Shown here: positions 1-9,021 of the stretch, piece by piece
Layout of the letters: each line of letters begins with the position of its first letter
Numbering within the stretch: the first letter of the stretch is position 1
DNA from: Nitrospinales bacterium
Lineage (GTDB): Bacteria > Nitrospinota > Nitrospinia > Nitrospinales > VA-1
Assembly (NCBI GenBank): GCA_965223795.1
Contig: CBDCXL010000002.1
Span: 2,432,001-2,496,000 of the forward strand
Length of the DNA: 64,000 nucleotides
Direction: 5' to 3'
Program-made: the position numbers and the translations under genes
Notes under the pieces: generated by a model
Databases searched by the model: none
Told to the model about the DNA's origin: nothing
What the model saw: the letters and a program-made list of their open reading frames with translations, nothing else

Positions 1-1
1 C

Positions 2-352
2 ATTTCCCTGATGTCCAAGCCGTTCCGCCTGAATCAGGTTTTCGACTGCATCGGGCAGCTTCCGGGCGTGGAATTAGAGTACCAAGACGAAGCGGCGGAG
101 ATCGGTTCAACGGATGGCGCCATCGATTACGCTTCGATCCGGGTTCCCGCCGAGCAGTTTCTTGCCGTCAAAGATGCGGTGGAACAGGCCGACGCTTCCG
201 GAGTGGCGACCCTGCTCAGCAGTCTGCAGCTCGAAGGCGATGTCGAGGATCGGCTGGCCGCGCAGCTTGCGGCATTGAGCCGTGAGAACAATCTGGAACC
301 GATTCTCACGACGCTGGAAAAATGTCTCATCGCGGGAATCGGCCACGATTGA
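2..352 (+). CDS. C-terminal fragment of a receiver-domain protein, probably a hybrid histidine kinase; 5' end lies outside the window
   Basis: Frame is open from the window edge. 'SKPFRLNQVFDCI' resembles the KP-motif end of a REC domain, followed by a helical tail. Confidence 0.6.
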   Translation: MSLMSKPFRLNQVFDCIGQLPGVELEYQDEAAEIGSTDGAIDYASIRVPAEQFLAVKDAVEQADASGVATLLSSLQLEGDVEDRLAAQLAALSRENNLEPILTTLEKCLIAGIGHD

Positions 353-898
353 TACGTTCCCGGTTTTAGGCCGGACCCAGCCCGGGTTCTCGCTCTCCTG
401 CCTGCATCGTTTTCGTCGTTTCCCTTTCGTTCCCCGGTATTTGTTGCCCCTTCCTGCAACCGGCTTTATCCGTATGTCGAACTTATCCTAATGAAGAGAA
501 GTTGAAAGGTTTCTCCACTAGCCAGCCGGTTTTGCCCGCTGCAGTTTGCATTCGAATTCAAAATTTGCATTCAGTTTCGTCCGCGGTTTCTAAAATCAAG
601 GGTGCCAATATGGGCTCATTTCTGTTAAGAGATTGAAAGGAGGACTCTTGCAATGTCCGGGGCAGGCAGATGCACGCATGCGTCGAACAAAGTATTACAA
701 AAAATGGCGGGTTCGAATGATTTTTTATGCTGATAAATCCTATAATGATTAAAAAATCAAATGAATATTTGTCACCGGAGCCTTTTCCTTGCGTTTTATG
801 TGATTGAAGAACCCAACTGAAAAAAATAATAAAAGGATTCAGTTTGGCTGCATTGATCATTCAACCATGAACGAATCGGTGCAGCCTTTTTTTGTCAT

Positions 899-1522
899 TT
901 GAAAAAACCAGTCTGGTTGTCCGTGTTTTCCTCCAAGCATACATTCCCTTTATCTTCTCTCTTCTGTGGGATGGTGCTTTTTCTCCATGTACTGCTCGTC
1001 CAGGTTTCCTTTTTCAACCCCGCTGCCGGAACGACGCATGCGGAAACGCGCGAATACGTTCTCAAAGCCGGTTTTATTTACAATTTCACGAAATTCATCG
1101 ACTGGCCTATTGTGACTCAGGCCGAAATCGAGACTTCGGGATACCGGTTTTGTGTCGCGGGAAAGAATCCCTTTGGCGCCATCCTGGAACGGCTGGCGGA
1201 AAAATTCAAATCGAAAAACCAGGAATTGATCGTCCGGCGCGATGTTTCTGTTGCGGAAGTCTCCCGCTGCCACATTCTGTTTATCGCAAACACGGAACAA
1301 TCGCGAGTCGATGCTTACCTCGCTCGTGTCGATGGCAACCCCGTCCTTGTGGTCGGGGACACGCCGGGGTTTGCGGAAAAAGGGGTGGGGATCAATTTTT
1401 ATATACGTGAGAACAAGATCCGTTTCGAAATCAATCGGGACGCCGTCGAAGGAGCCGGTTTGCAGGTGAGCTCCGAGCTCCTGAATCTGGCGAAAATCGT
1501 ATCGGGGAGGAAAAGGCGATGA
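899..1522 (+). CDS. YfiR family (DUF4154) periplasmic protein
   Basis: Hydrophobic N-terminus plus family motifs 'EYVLKAGFIYNFTKFIDWP', 'CHILFI', 'KIRFEIN' and 'SSELLNLA'. The true start may be slightly downstream. Confidence 0.9.
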   Translation: MKKPVWLSVFSSKHTFPLSSLFCGMVLFLHVLLVQVSFFNPAAGTTHAETREYVLKAGFIYNFTKFIDWPIVTQAEIETSGYRFCVAGKNPFGAILERLAEKFKSKNQELIVRRDVSVAEVSRCHILFIANTEQSRVDAYLARVDGNPVLVVGDTPGFAEKGVGINFYIRENKIRFEINRDAVEGAGLQVSSELLNLAKIVSGRKRR

Positions 1523-3360
1523 CCTCGATCCGGAATCTCCCCATTCAAAAGAAACTGATCCTCATTGTGCTGGTGATCACCGTGCCCGCTCTGCTTCTTT
1601 TCAGCGGGATTCTCATATTCAACGATCTCAATAGTTATAAGAAAGAGATGGTGCGAAACCTGACGGTTCTTGCCAGCGCGGTGGGGGCGAACAGCAGGGC
1701 GGCTCTGGTGTTCCGCGATGAGACTGCGGCAAGGAATATCCTGTCGTCGCTGAAAAGCGAACTGCAGATCGATTCCGCGGCGCTTTACGATGCCGGCGAC
1801 GCAAAATTTGCGGTGTTCGTGCCGGCTGAAACGGCGCCGTTCGTTCCTCCGACCCAATTGACGCATGGAAAATTTGTTTATGCGGACCGCATCGAGATCA
1901 TTCTGGAAATTTCCCTGGATGGCGAGAAAGTGGGCAAAATCTATCTGCGCGCGCATCTGAAAGAATTCGAAATTCGTGCGCGAAACTACATTGTTTTCAC
2001 GATTCTGATTCTGTTTGCGATCCTTGCGGTGGCGTTTTCGGCGGCCCTGAAATTGCAAAATATCATTTCGAAGCCCATATTGGCTTTGGCAAAGACCGCG
2101 ACGGATATTTCCATGACTTCGAACTATACCCAGCGCGTGTCGCATCAAAGCGATGATGAAATCGGGACGCTCTACTCGGGTTTCAATGAAATGTTGTCGC
2201 AGATCGAGAAAAGGGAAAACGAGCTGGCAACGTACCGGGACCACCTGGAAGAAAAAATCGTGGAATGCAACCTCGCGGGAAAGGAACTGAAGAAAAGGGA
2301 AGAATCGATTCGCACCATTTTGGACAATGCATTCGACGCCATCATCACGATGGATGCGAAAGGAAAGGTCCTCACCTGGAATCAGAGAGCGGCTTCCATA
2401 TTCGGCTGGCATGCGAACGAAGTGATCGGAAAAAAACTCGCGGATCTGATCATTCCATCGCAGTACAAGTCATCCCATGAGAGCGGGCTCAACCGGTTTC
2501 TCAAAACCGGGGAGCATGAGATCCTGGATAAGCAGATCCAGTTGACGGCCCTTCACAAAGACGGGCGGACGTTTCCGGTTGAAATCGCCGTCTCGGCGAC
2601 GCAAAGGGACAACACGTATACGTTCACGGGCATCGTCCGCGACATCACTCAGCGCAAACAGGCGGAAGGTCAGTTGTTCTCTTCGCGCGAACAGCTGCGA
2701 AACCTGAGCAACCGCCTGCAATTGGCGCGGGAGGAAGAAAAAACCCGGATCGCCCGCGAGATCCACGATGAACTGGGACAGGCGCTGACCATGCTGAAAC
2801 TGGACCTGAGCTGGATGGAAAAGAAACTTTCCAGAAAGGATGCGCCTGTGATCGAAAAGTCGCGGTCGATGATGCATCTCATCGAGGACACGATTCAAAT
2901 CGTGCAGCGGATAGCCAGTGAGCTGCGTCCTCAAATGCTCGACATCCTGGGGCTTTGCGAAACGCTGAAATGGCAGACCAAAGAATTCCAGAAACGAACG
3001 GGCATCCCGTGTGAGCTCAATATCGAGCCGGAACAAATCCCGGTCGATCCCGAACGGTCCACGGCGCTGTTCCGGATTTACCAGGAAGCTCTGGTCAATG
3101 TGGTCCGGCATGCCCGGGCGGACAGGGTGGAGACGGTTTTCAAGAAAGAACATGGAAATCTGGTTCTGGAAGTGAAGGATGACGGCGTGGGCATGGATGC
3201 GGATCTTGTGGAAAATCCGAAGTCGCTGGGGCTCATCGGCATTCGGGAACGGATTCTGGTCTGGCGCGGGGAAATGCAGTTGAAAAGTGAATTGGGGAAA
3301 GGCACCGCTCTCAAAATTACCATTCCGGTGGGTGAGGAGACTCCCAATGAAAAAAAATAA
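1519..3360 (+). CDS. Membrane sensor histidine kinase (CHASE-type periplasmic domain, HAMP, PAS, HisKA_3/HATPase)
   Basis: Two TM helices; HAMP 'DEIGTLYSGFNEML'; PAS 'DAIITMD...WN'; H-box 'RIAREIHDELGQ'; 'QEALVNVVRHA'; 'DDGVG'. ATGA overlap with the upstream gene. Confidence 0.95.
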   Translation: MTSIRNLPIQKKLILIVLVITVPALLLFSGILIFNDLNSYKKEMVRNLTVLASAVGANSRAALVFRDETAARNILSSLKSELQIDSAALYDAGDAKFAVFVPAETAPFVPPTQLTHGKFVYADRIEIILEISLDGEKVGKIYLRAHLKEFEIRARNYIVFTILILFAILAVAFSAALKLQNIISKPILALAKTATDISMTSNYTQRVSHQSDDEIGTLYSGFNEMLSQIEKRENELATYRDHLEEKIVECNLAGKELKKREESIRTILDNAFDAIITMDAKGKVLTWNQRAASIFGWHANEVIGKKLADLIIPSQYKSSHESGLNRFLKTGEHEILDKQIQLTALHKDGRTFPVEIAVSATQRDNTYTFTGIVRDITQRKQAEGQLFSSREQLRNLSNRLQLAREEEKTRIAREIHDELGQALTMLKLDLSWMEKKLSRKDAPVIEKSRSMMHLIEDTIQIVQRIASELRPQMLDILGLCETLKWQTKEFQKRTGIPCELNIEPEQIPVDPERSTALFRIYQEALVNVVRHARADRVETVFKKEHGNLVLEVKDDGVGMDADLVENPKSLGLIGIRERILVWRGEMQLKSELGKGTALKITIPVGEETPNEKK

Positions 3361-3991
3361 AATCAGAGTGATTATTGCGGACGATCACGCATTTTTACGC
3401 AGAGGGCTGAGGCAGATCATTTCCGAAACGTCCGACATCGCTGTTGTCGCGGAAGCGGAGAACGGGAACGAATTGCTGGAAAAGATCCGAAAAACCGATC
3501 TGGATGTCGTGGTCATGGACGTCGGCATGCCGGAAAAAAGCGGATGGGATGTGATGATTCAACTGAAAGCAGAATATCCGAAACTGCCGGTGATCATTTT
3601 GAGCGTTTTTCCCGAGGAAGATTACGCAACCAAATTTTTCAAGGCCGGCGCATCGAGTTATTTGAGCAAAACCAGCGCTCCCGATCTGCTGGTGGAAGCG
3701 ATTCGCAAGGTGGCAAGAGGCGGAAAGTTCATCAGCCCAAGCCTTGCCGAGCAAATCGCCTTTGAGCTTGGCAAAGACTCCAGCCGCAAACCGCATCAAT
3801 CCCTGTCCCCGCGTGAATTCCAGATCTTCACGCTGATCGCTTCCGGAAAAACCGTGAAGGAAATCGCTCGCGACCTTTCTTTGAGCGTTCCCACCATCAG
3901 CACGCACCGGGCCCGGATAATGGAAAAAATGGATATGAAAACCAACGCGCAATTGATCCATTACGCATTCAAAAACAATCTTGTTGAATGA
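3347..3991 (+). CDS. NarL/LuxR-family DNA-binding response regulator
   Basis: REC domain 'IADDH...MDVGMP' and LuxR HTH 'LSPREFQIF...KEIA..LSLS..TISTHR'. ATG at 3347 follows GAGGAG. Confidence 0.95.
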   Translation: MKKNKIRVIIADDHAFLRRGLRQIISETSDIAVVAEAENGNELLEKIRKTDLDVVVMDVGMPEKSGWDVMIQLKAEYPKLPVIILSVFPEEDYATKFFKAGASSYLSKTSAPDLLVEAIRKVARGGKFISPSLAEQIAFELGKDSSRKPHQSLSPREFQIFTLIASGKTVKEIARDLSLSVPTISTHRARIMEKMDMKTNAQLIHYAFKNNLVE

Positions 3992-4218
3992 ATCCGGGAT
4001 TTTGTTAATCCCGGCTTGCTGCCGCAACGCCTCACCCGCCCGCATTCTGATTTTATCTTATGTCATTCAAACAATGACGCTTTTTTCGCTTCCGATTGAT
4101 AGGGGAAACATGGTTCCGTCTATACCCTCTTTTTTAAAAAAGGGTTAGTTTATCACCATCCCGAATGGAGAGATGAATGTCTTATCTATGAATCCATTCG
4201 CAAACAGGGGGACAGGCT

Positions 4219-4302
4219 ATGAACATGGAATCGGTTTTCGTCATCGGCATCCCAGTGGTTTATTTCGTGGTTTGCCTTTTGGTCTTTTGGACTCGATGGT
4301 GA
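4219..4302 (+). CDS. Putative 27-aa single-pass membrane micro-protein
   Basis: Translated by hand as MNMESVFVIGIPVVYFVVCLLVFWTRW, with purine-rich GGGGGACAGG upstream. Confidence 0.35.
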   Translation: MNMESVFVIGIPVVYFVVCLLVFWTRW

Positions 4303-4769
4303 AACTTATAACAATGAGTTCAAATCATGCTCCAGGGATTTCGGTTTCATCGGTCTTCATGGAATGCAGGAATGAATCAGACCGTTGTGAGGCAGATCGG
4401 ATATCACTGAGATGAATGAAATGCGAGACCTGGAATGGGAGAGAGTTTTGTCAGGGGGGACGACGCTTTCCCATTCCGGGTTCTCTTTCCATACAGAGCG
4501 AACGGTGCAAGCGGGCGACGCGTTTCACCACGGGTGTTCTCTCCTCATCAATGAAAGGGAGTGCCTCCGAAAACCCGTTCAGGCCAGGAACGGGGAACTA
4601 TGCCTATCACTTCAGGCCCATGAAATCTTCATTGAAGGGAGAGGCGCCCGTGGTGAAATGGACTGTGCCAAAATAATACAGATGTGCAATGATTTGAAAA
4701 AGAGAGTTGAGAGATAATTGCAGGCCATTAAGATCCAAGGATCGTATTGCAGAAAGGAAGGGGAACATC

Positions 4770-5165
4770 ATGCGTCGAAGTAAGATTCTGGTGATCGATG
4801 ATGAAGAGGATGTGCGTGACATCCTTCAGCATCATCTTAAAAAAGAAAACTATCCGGTGTTGGCCGCGGAAAACGGCGAGGAAGCCATCGCTCTGCTGCG
4901 GCAAGAACACAATCGAGAAAATATAGGTTTGATCTTTTGCGACATCCGCATGCCCAAAGTGAACGGCATCGAGTGCATCGATTTTCTGAATAAGGTATTT
5001 CCTGAGATTCCGGTGGTGGTGCTGACAGGTTATCCGGACATGGAGCTTGCGGAATCTCTGCTGAACAAGGGAGTGAAGGAATATCTGGTGAAACCGGTGG
5101 AAAGAAATATCCTGATCCGAACAACCGGGGAGCTGGTTGAAGCGGGGAGAGAAACCCCCATCTAA
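4770..5165 (+). CDS. Single-domain response regulator (receiver only)
   Basis: 'ILVIDDE', 'CDIRMPKVNG', 'LTG', 'YLVKP'. RBS AGGAAGGGG precedes ATG 4770. Confidence 0.92.
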   Translation: MRRSKILVIDDEEDVRDILQHHLKKENYPVLAAENGEEAIALLRQEHNRENIGLIFCDIRMPKVNGIECIDFLNKVFPEIPVVVLTGYPDMELAESLLNKGVKEYLVKPVERNILIRTTGELVEAGRETPI

Positions 5166-5346
5166 TTGGTTTTACCATGTCGGGATATCAGCGCCTGTAA
5201 ATGAGAGGAAATGGAATAAAGCTGCGTCCGGGTTTAAGGCGAAACGAATGACACGCTTTATATTTCCTGTTCAGGTATAAAAATCCATTAAGCACCAGGA
5301 TCCAGTCTGCAACGGTATTTTGTCAATCAGACCGTAGGAAAAAATT

Positions 5347-5880
5347 GTGGACATTTGTATAGATCACAACATCCACGCCCACAACATCCATGTCCACAAC
5401 GCCAGACCTTGTTGTGCCTGCGTGCATGATTCAGCGGATTCCCTGCAAATCCGCGGTATCGGCACACAACTTTCGCAGCAACATGTTCATCGGATATTTC
5501 TGGCTCTGGGTTTTAATGCGACGGTCCCTGTTTATCATGGAGTTGTGGGCAGTGCGGCGGCCTACATCACAGACTCAAAAAGCTACATAGTCTACAATCG
5601 ATTTTTTTTCAATCGCTGGCATCCGATCCATCCTGAAATTCCGGTTACATATTTTGCCCATGAGGTCGGTCACATCGTCGGCCGGCAACAAAACGTCTCC
5701 GACTCCCATGTTCGGGAGCTGGAAGCGGACACCATCGCGGGATGGGTCATGAGGAGACTGGGAGCCACTGCGGAACAAACAGTTTTACGGTTCGATCTGT
5801 TTCCGGACAACGGGTCGGAAAGGTATCCCGACAGCATAACGCGCAGAAAGGCGACCCTTGAAGGATACTATTCCGCATAA
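5347..5880 (+). CDS. Putative HExxH zinc metallopeptidase (M48-like)
   Basis: 'FAHEVGH' followed by 'ELEADTIAG' and 'YP...R'. Lies in an AT-richer segment; start uncertain. Confidence 0.65.
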   Translation: MDICIDHNIHAHNIHVHNARPCCACVHDSADSLQIRGIGTQLSQQHVHRIFLALGFNATVPVYHGVVGSAAAYITDSKSYIVYNRFFFNRWHPIHPEIPVTYFAHEVGHIVGRQQNVSDSHVRELEADTIAGWVMRRLGATAEQTVLRFDLFPDNGSERYPDSITRRKATLEGYYSA

Positions 5881-6006
5881 GGCGGGATTTTTTCTCACAA
5901 GCGGATCTATCGATCGATCATCGGTACCGCTTTATACATTGTTTGCTCACAAGCTTATTTTTATGAGTATTTATCAACTGATGGAGCGGCTCGGGGAGGG
6001 CTCATT

Positions 6007-6234
6007 ATGAATGTTGACGAACTTCGAAAAGCCTTGCATCAATTCCAAACGGATCTGGATTTTCAAAAGAAGGTCAGTGAAGATCCCACAAAACTAGTTG
6101 AAAATGTACCTGAAGAGCAGGCTAGGCTGATTGCGCCCATCGACAGGTTCTACGGCTATTTTTATAGACAGAGAAGCAATAATCTAGGTGGAAATGCTTC
6201 TTTTGGAGGACCGCCGTTCTACTGGCCGGGTTGA
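6007..6234 (+). CDS. Small hypothetical protein
   Basis: 75-aa ORF with GGGGAGGG upstream and a hairpin downstream. Confidence 0.45.
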   Translation: MNVDELRKALHQFQTDLDFQKKVSEDPTKLVENVPEEQARLIAPIDRFYGYFYRQRSNNLGGNASFGGPPFYWPG

Positions 6235-6280
6235 TCCTGAGACTTGGTTATTAGATTGATGAAAGCAAAATCCAACTGAG

Positions 6281-6316
6281 AAAAAAGGGCACCTCTATCG
6301 TTTTTTGAGGTGCCCT
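6281..6316. terminator. Intrinsic terminator-like hairpin; the U-tract is on the minus strand
   Basis: 10-bp stem AGGGCACCTC/GAGGTGCCCT preceded by an A6 run. Confidence 0.6.
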
Positions 6317-6404
6317 GCCATTTTGCTGCATAGGGACTGATTCGAAGCTCACGGCTGTGCCGTGAATGCATTGCCTGAAAAGGCAAGACCATGATGGATT
6401 TCGT

Positions 6405-6434
6405 ATTCCGATTCCCATTCCCATTCCCATTCCT
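6405..6434. repeat. Hexanucleotide tandem repeat (ATTCCN)5
   Basis: attccg attccc attccc attccc attcct. Confidence 0.8.
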
Positions 6435-6804
6435 CAAATGGCCTGCGTTTCCTTAGATCGGATTCCCGAAACTTTGACAGGACTCCTCTCAAGTCATGAA
6501 TGGATTTACCGCCACGGATCAAACTCAAATACTTCGGCGCTTGAAACGTTCTGTTAAAGTATGAAACACGAAGACAGGTGCTTAGAGGCATAACAATTTG
6601 AGAATGAAACGAGTGGAACTTTGAATTCGGAAATATAATCCCAAGCGCAGCCATCAGCGGTGCATTTAGAAAAATATCGATCTGGGAATATGGCGAAAAT
6701 AATAAATAAATTTCTATCAATATGTTGAAATATTGTCTATATGGTCATACAATTTCCTCGCATAAAAACCCCCCGAATACAAACGAACGATTGCTGGGAA
6801 CGTC

Positions 6805-8856
6805 ATGCGGCCCATCCATCGGCGAATTCGATCTGTTTTTTTTCTGGTTCCTCTCCTCTGGGTTGTCTCCGTCCACCTGAGTTATTCAGAAACATTAGAT
6901 ACAGATGTGATTTTTGAAATGGGCATCAACCAGTTGATGCAGGTGGATGTGCTGGTGACTTCGGTCAGCAAGCGGCCGCAGAAGCTGCATGAAACCGCTT
7001 CTGCGATTTATGTCGTGAGCCAGGAAGACATCCGGCGCACCGGGGCGGTCAATATCATGGAGGCTCTTAGGATCGTGCCGGGTGTCCTGGTCTCGAAAAT
7101 CAACCAGAATCGCTATGTGGTGTCGATCCGCGGTTTCAACCGCAGGTTCGGGTCGGACAAACTGCTGGTTCTTATCGACGGTCGGTCCATATACAGTCAA
7201 TCGGAAGCGGGCACGTTCTGGCGGGCTCACGACACGGTCCTGGAGGACATCGACCGGATCGAGGTGATCCGCGGCCCGGGAGCGGCTTTGTGGGGCTCCA
7301 ACGCGGTGGCCGGGGTGATCAACATCATCACAAAAAGTGCGGATCAGACTCAGGGCATACTTGCATCCGCCGGCGGCGGAACCGAGGAAAAAGCGTTTGG
7401 CACCCTGCGGTACGGGGGCAAGATCAGCGAGAAATTCTTTTACCGGATTTACGGCAAATACCGGGACCGTGATGCGGGTAAGAATGTTGACGGTTCCGAT
7501 GCGTTTGATAACAAGCAAATGGGGCAGGCCGGGTTTCGAAGCGACTGGAAGTTGACCGCTAATGATCATCTGACGATGCAGGGGGATTATTACAATCTGG
7601 ACTCTCAGTTCGATATTTTCCGTCTGGTTTCCATCGAGGCGGGAAGCTCAAATTTCCAGGGCGGATTGATCCACAAGGGAGGCAATTTTCTCACGCGCTG
7701 GACGCATGCATTTCAGGATGCTTCCAAGTTTAAATTTCAGTTTTATTACGATTACGTGCAAAGACAAACCACCGCTCCTTTCAATCAAAGAGCCGATACA
7801 TTTGATTTTGAAACCCAGTATGATTTCAGGCTCGGAACACGTCAGAAAGTGTCACTGGGTGCGAACTACCGCCACATCAAGTTCAATTCGGAAGAGAGCA
7901 ACCTCAACCGCTTTGCCGACAGCACGACCAATATCAGCAGCGACCTGTTCGGGTTTTTCGTGCACGATGAAATCACTCTCATTCCCGACCGCTGGAATGT
8001 GATTGTTGGGTCTAAATTCGAACACAATATCTTTTCTGGTTTTGAAATCCAGCCCAATATCCGCACGACTTGGACGCCGTACCCGAACCATATGTTTTGG
8101 GGGGCCATATCACGCGCCGTGAGGCTCCCCACCGTTCGCGAAGAACGGAGGTTTTCCGATGGTCAGGTGTTCAACGTGCCCGGTTTTCCGAATCCCATTC
8201 TGGTCCGACTGCAAGGCGACGGCAGGACGGAGGCGGAAGAACTCTTGGCTTATGAAATCGGGTACCGGCGCCAGTTCCCCGCACAAAAGGTCAGTTTTGA
8301 TGTCACGACCTTTCTGTTTCAATACGACAACATCATCGACGCGGTGTTTGAACCGCCCCTGTTTTTGGAAACCACGCCGCCGGGACCGCCGCGTCTGGTC
8401 AATCTGCTGCGCAATGATAACGCCATAAAAGGTGAGGCCTATGGCGTGGAGATGAGCACGGAATGGCAGGCGTTGGAACGGCTGCGTTTCGCTATCAGTT
8501 ATACGTTTTTAAAAACGGATTTGCGGCAGAAGCTGCCGGATGCGTTTATCGGGCAGGGAGACTTTGAGGCCGAGGAGGAACCGGAGCACATCGTCACTGC
8601 CCGTTCCTATCTGAACCTGCCGCACAATCTGGAATTCGACACGATGTTGTATTATGTGGGTAAGAACGTGGCCCGGGATGTGCAAAACTACCTGCGTCTG
8701 GATCTGCGTCTGGGATGGAGGCCCGTCAAAGAGGTGGAACTGTCCCTGGTGGGGCAAAACCTGCTCGACGACCAGCATTCCGAACTCAATGAACTCGATG
8801 AGGCGAATTCAGAAACCGAGCGCAGTTTTTATGTAAAGGGCACGTTTCGGTTTTAA
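6805..8856 (+). CDS. TonB-dependent outer-membrane receptor
   Basis: Signal peptide; plug motifs 'VTSVSKRPQ', 'LVLIDGR' and 'IDRIEVIRGPGAALWGSNAVAGVINIITK'; C-terminal 'FRF'. Confidence 0.95.
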   Translation: MRPIHRRIRSVFFLVPLLWVVSVHLSYSETLDTDVIFEMGINQLMQVDVLVTSVSKRPQKLHETASAIYVVSQEDIRRTGAVNIMEALRIVPGVLVSKINQNRYVVSIRGFNRRFGSDKLLVLIDGRSIYSQSEAGTFWRAHDTVLEDIDRIEVIRGPGAALWGSNAVAGVINIITKSADQTQGILASAGGGTEEKAFGTLRYGGKISEKFFYRIYGKYRDRDAGKNVDGSDAFDNKQMGQAGFRSDWKLTANDHLTMQGDYYNLDSQFDIFRLVSIEAGSSNFQGGLIHKGGNFLTRWTHAFQDASKFKFQFYYDYVQRQTTAPFNQRADTFDFETQYDFRLGTRQKVSLGANYRHIKFNSEESNLNRFADSTTNISSDLFGFFVHDEITLIPDRWNVIVGSKFEHNIFSGFEIQPNIRTTWTPYPNHMFWGAISRAVRLPTVREERRFSDGQVFNVPGFPNPILVRLQGDGRTEAEELLAYEIGYRRQFPAQKVSFDVTTFLFQYDNIIDAVFEPPLFLETTPPGPPRLVNLLRNDNAIKGEAYGVEMSTEWQALERLRFAISYTFLKTDLRQKLPDAFIGQGDFEAEEEPEHIVTARSYLNLPHNLEFDTMLYYVGKNVARDVQNYLRLDLRLGWRPVKEVELSLVGQNLLDDQHSELNELDEANSETERSFYVKGTFRF

Positions 8857-9021
8857 CCATCGTCGGATAATGCGAGTCTATTTATCATCCAACAATGCTT
8901 TCCACAAGTGATAGGCTGCGGCCTTGAATTGCCGAACCGGTTCGGTTACCCTTAACTTTTTGCATCGACCACCGAGCCGCCGCATGGTTTCTGCCGATTC
9001 ATCAGCTCTTTCGGACCCGTC

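Noticed and set aside
700..730. GGTTCGAAT as a tRNA T-loop
   Set aside because: No cloverleaf stems in the surrounding sequence.
4412..4717. Overlapping ORFs 4412-4717 and 4416-4676
   Set aside because: No motifs, no convincing RBS and atypical codon usage; neither can be supported.
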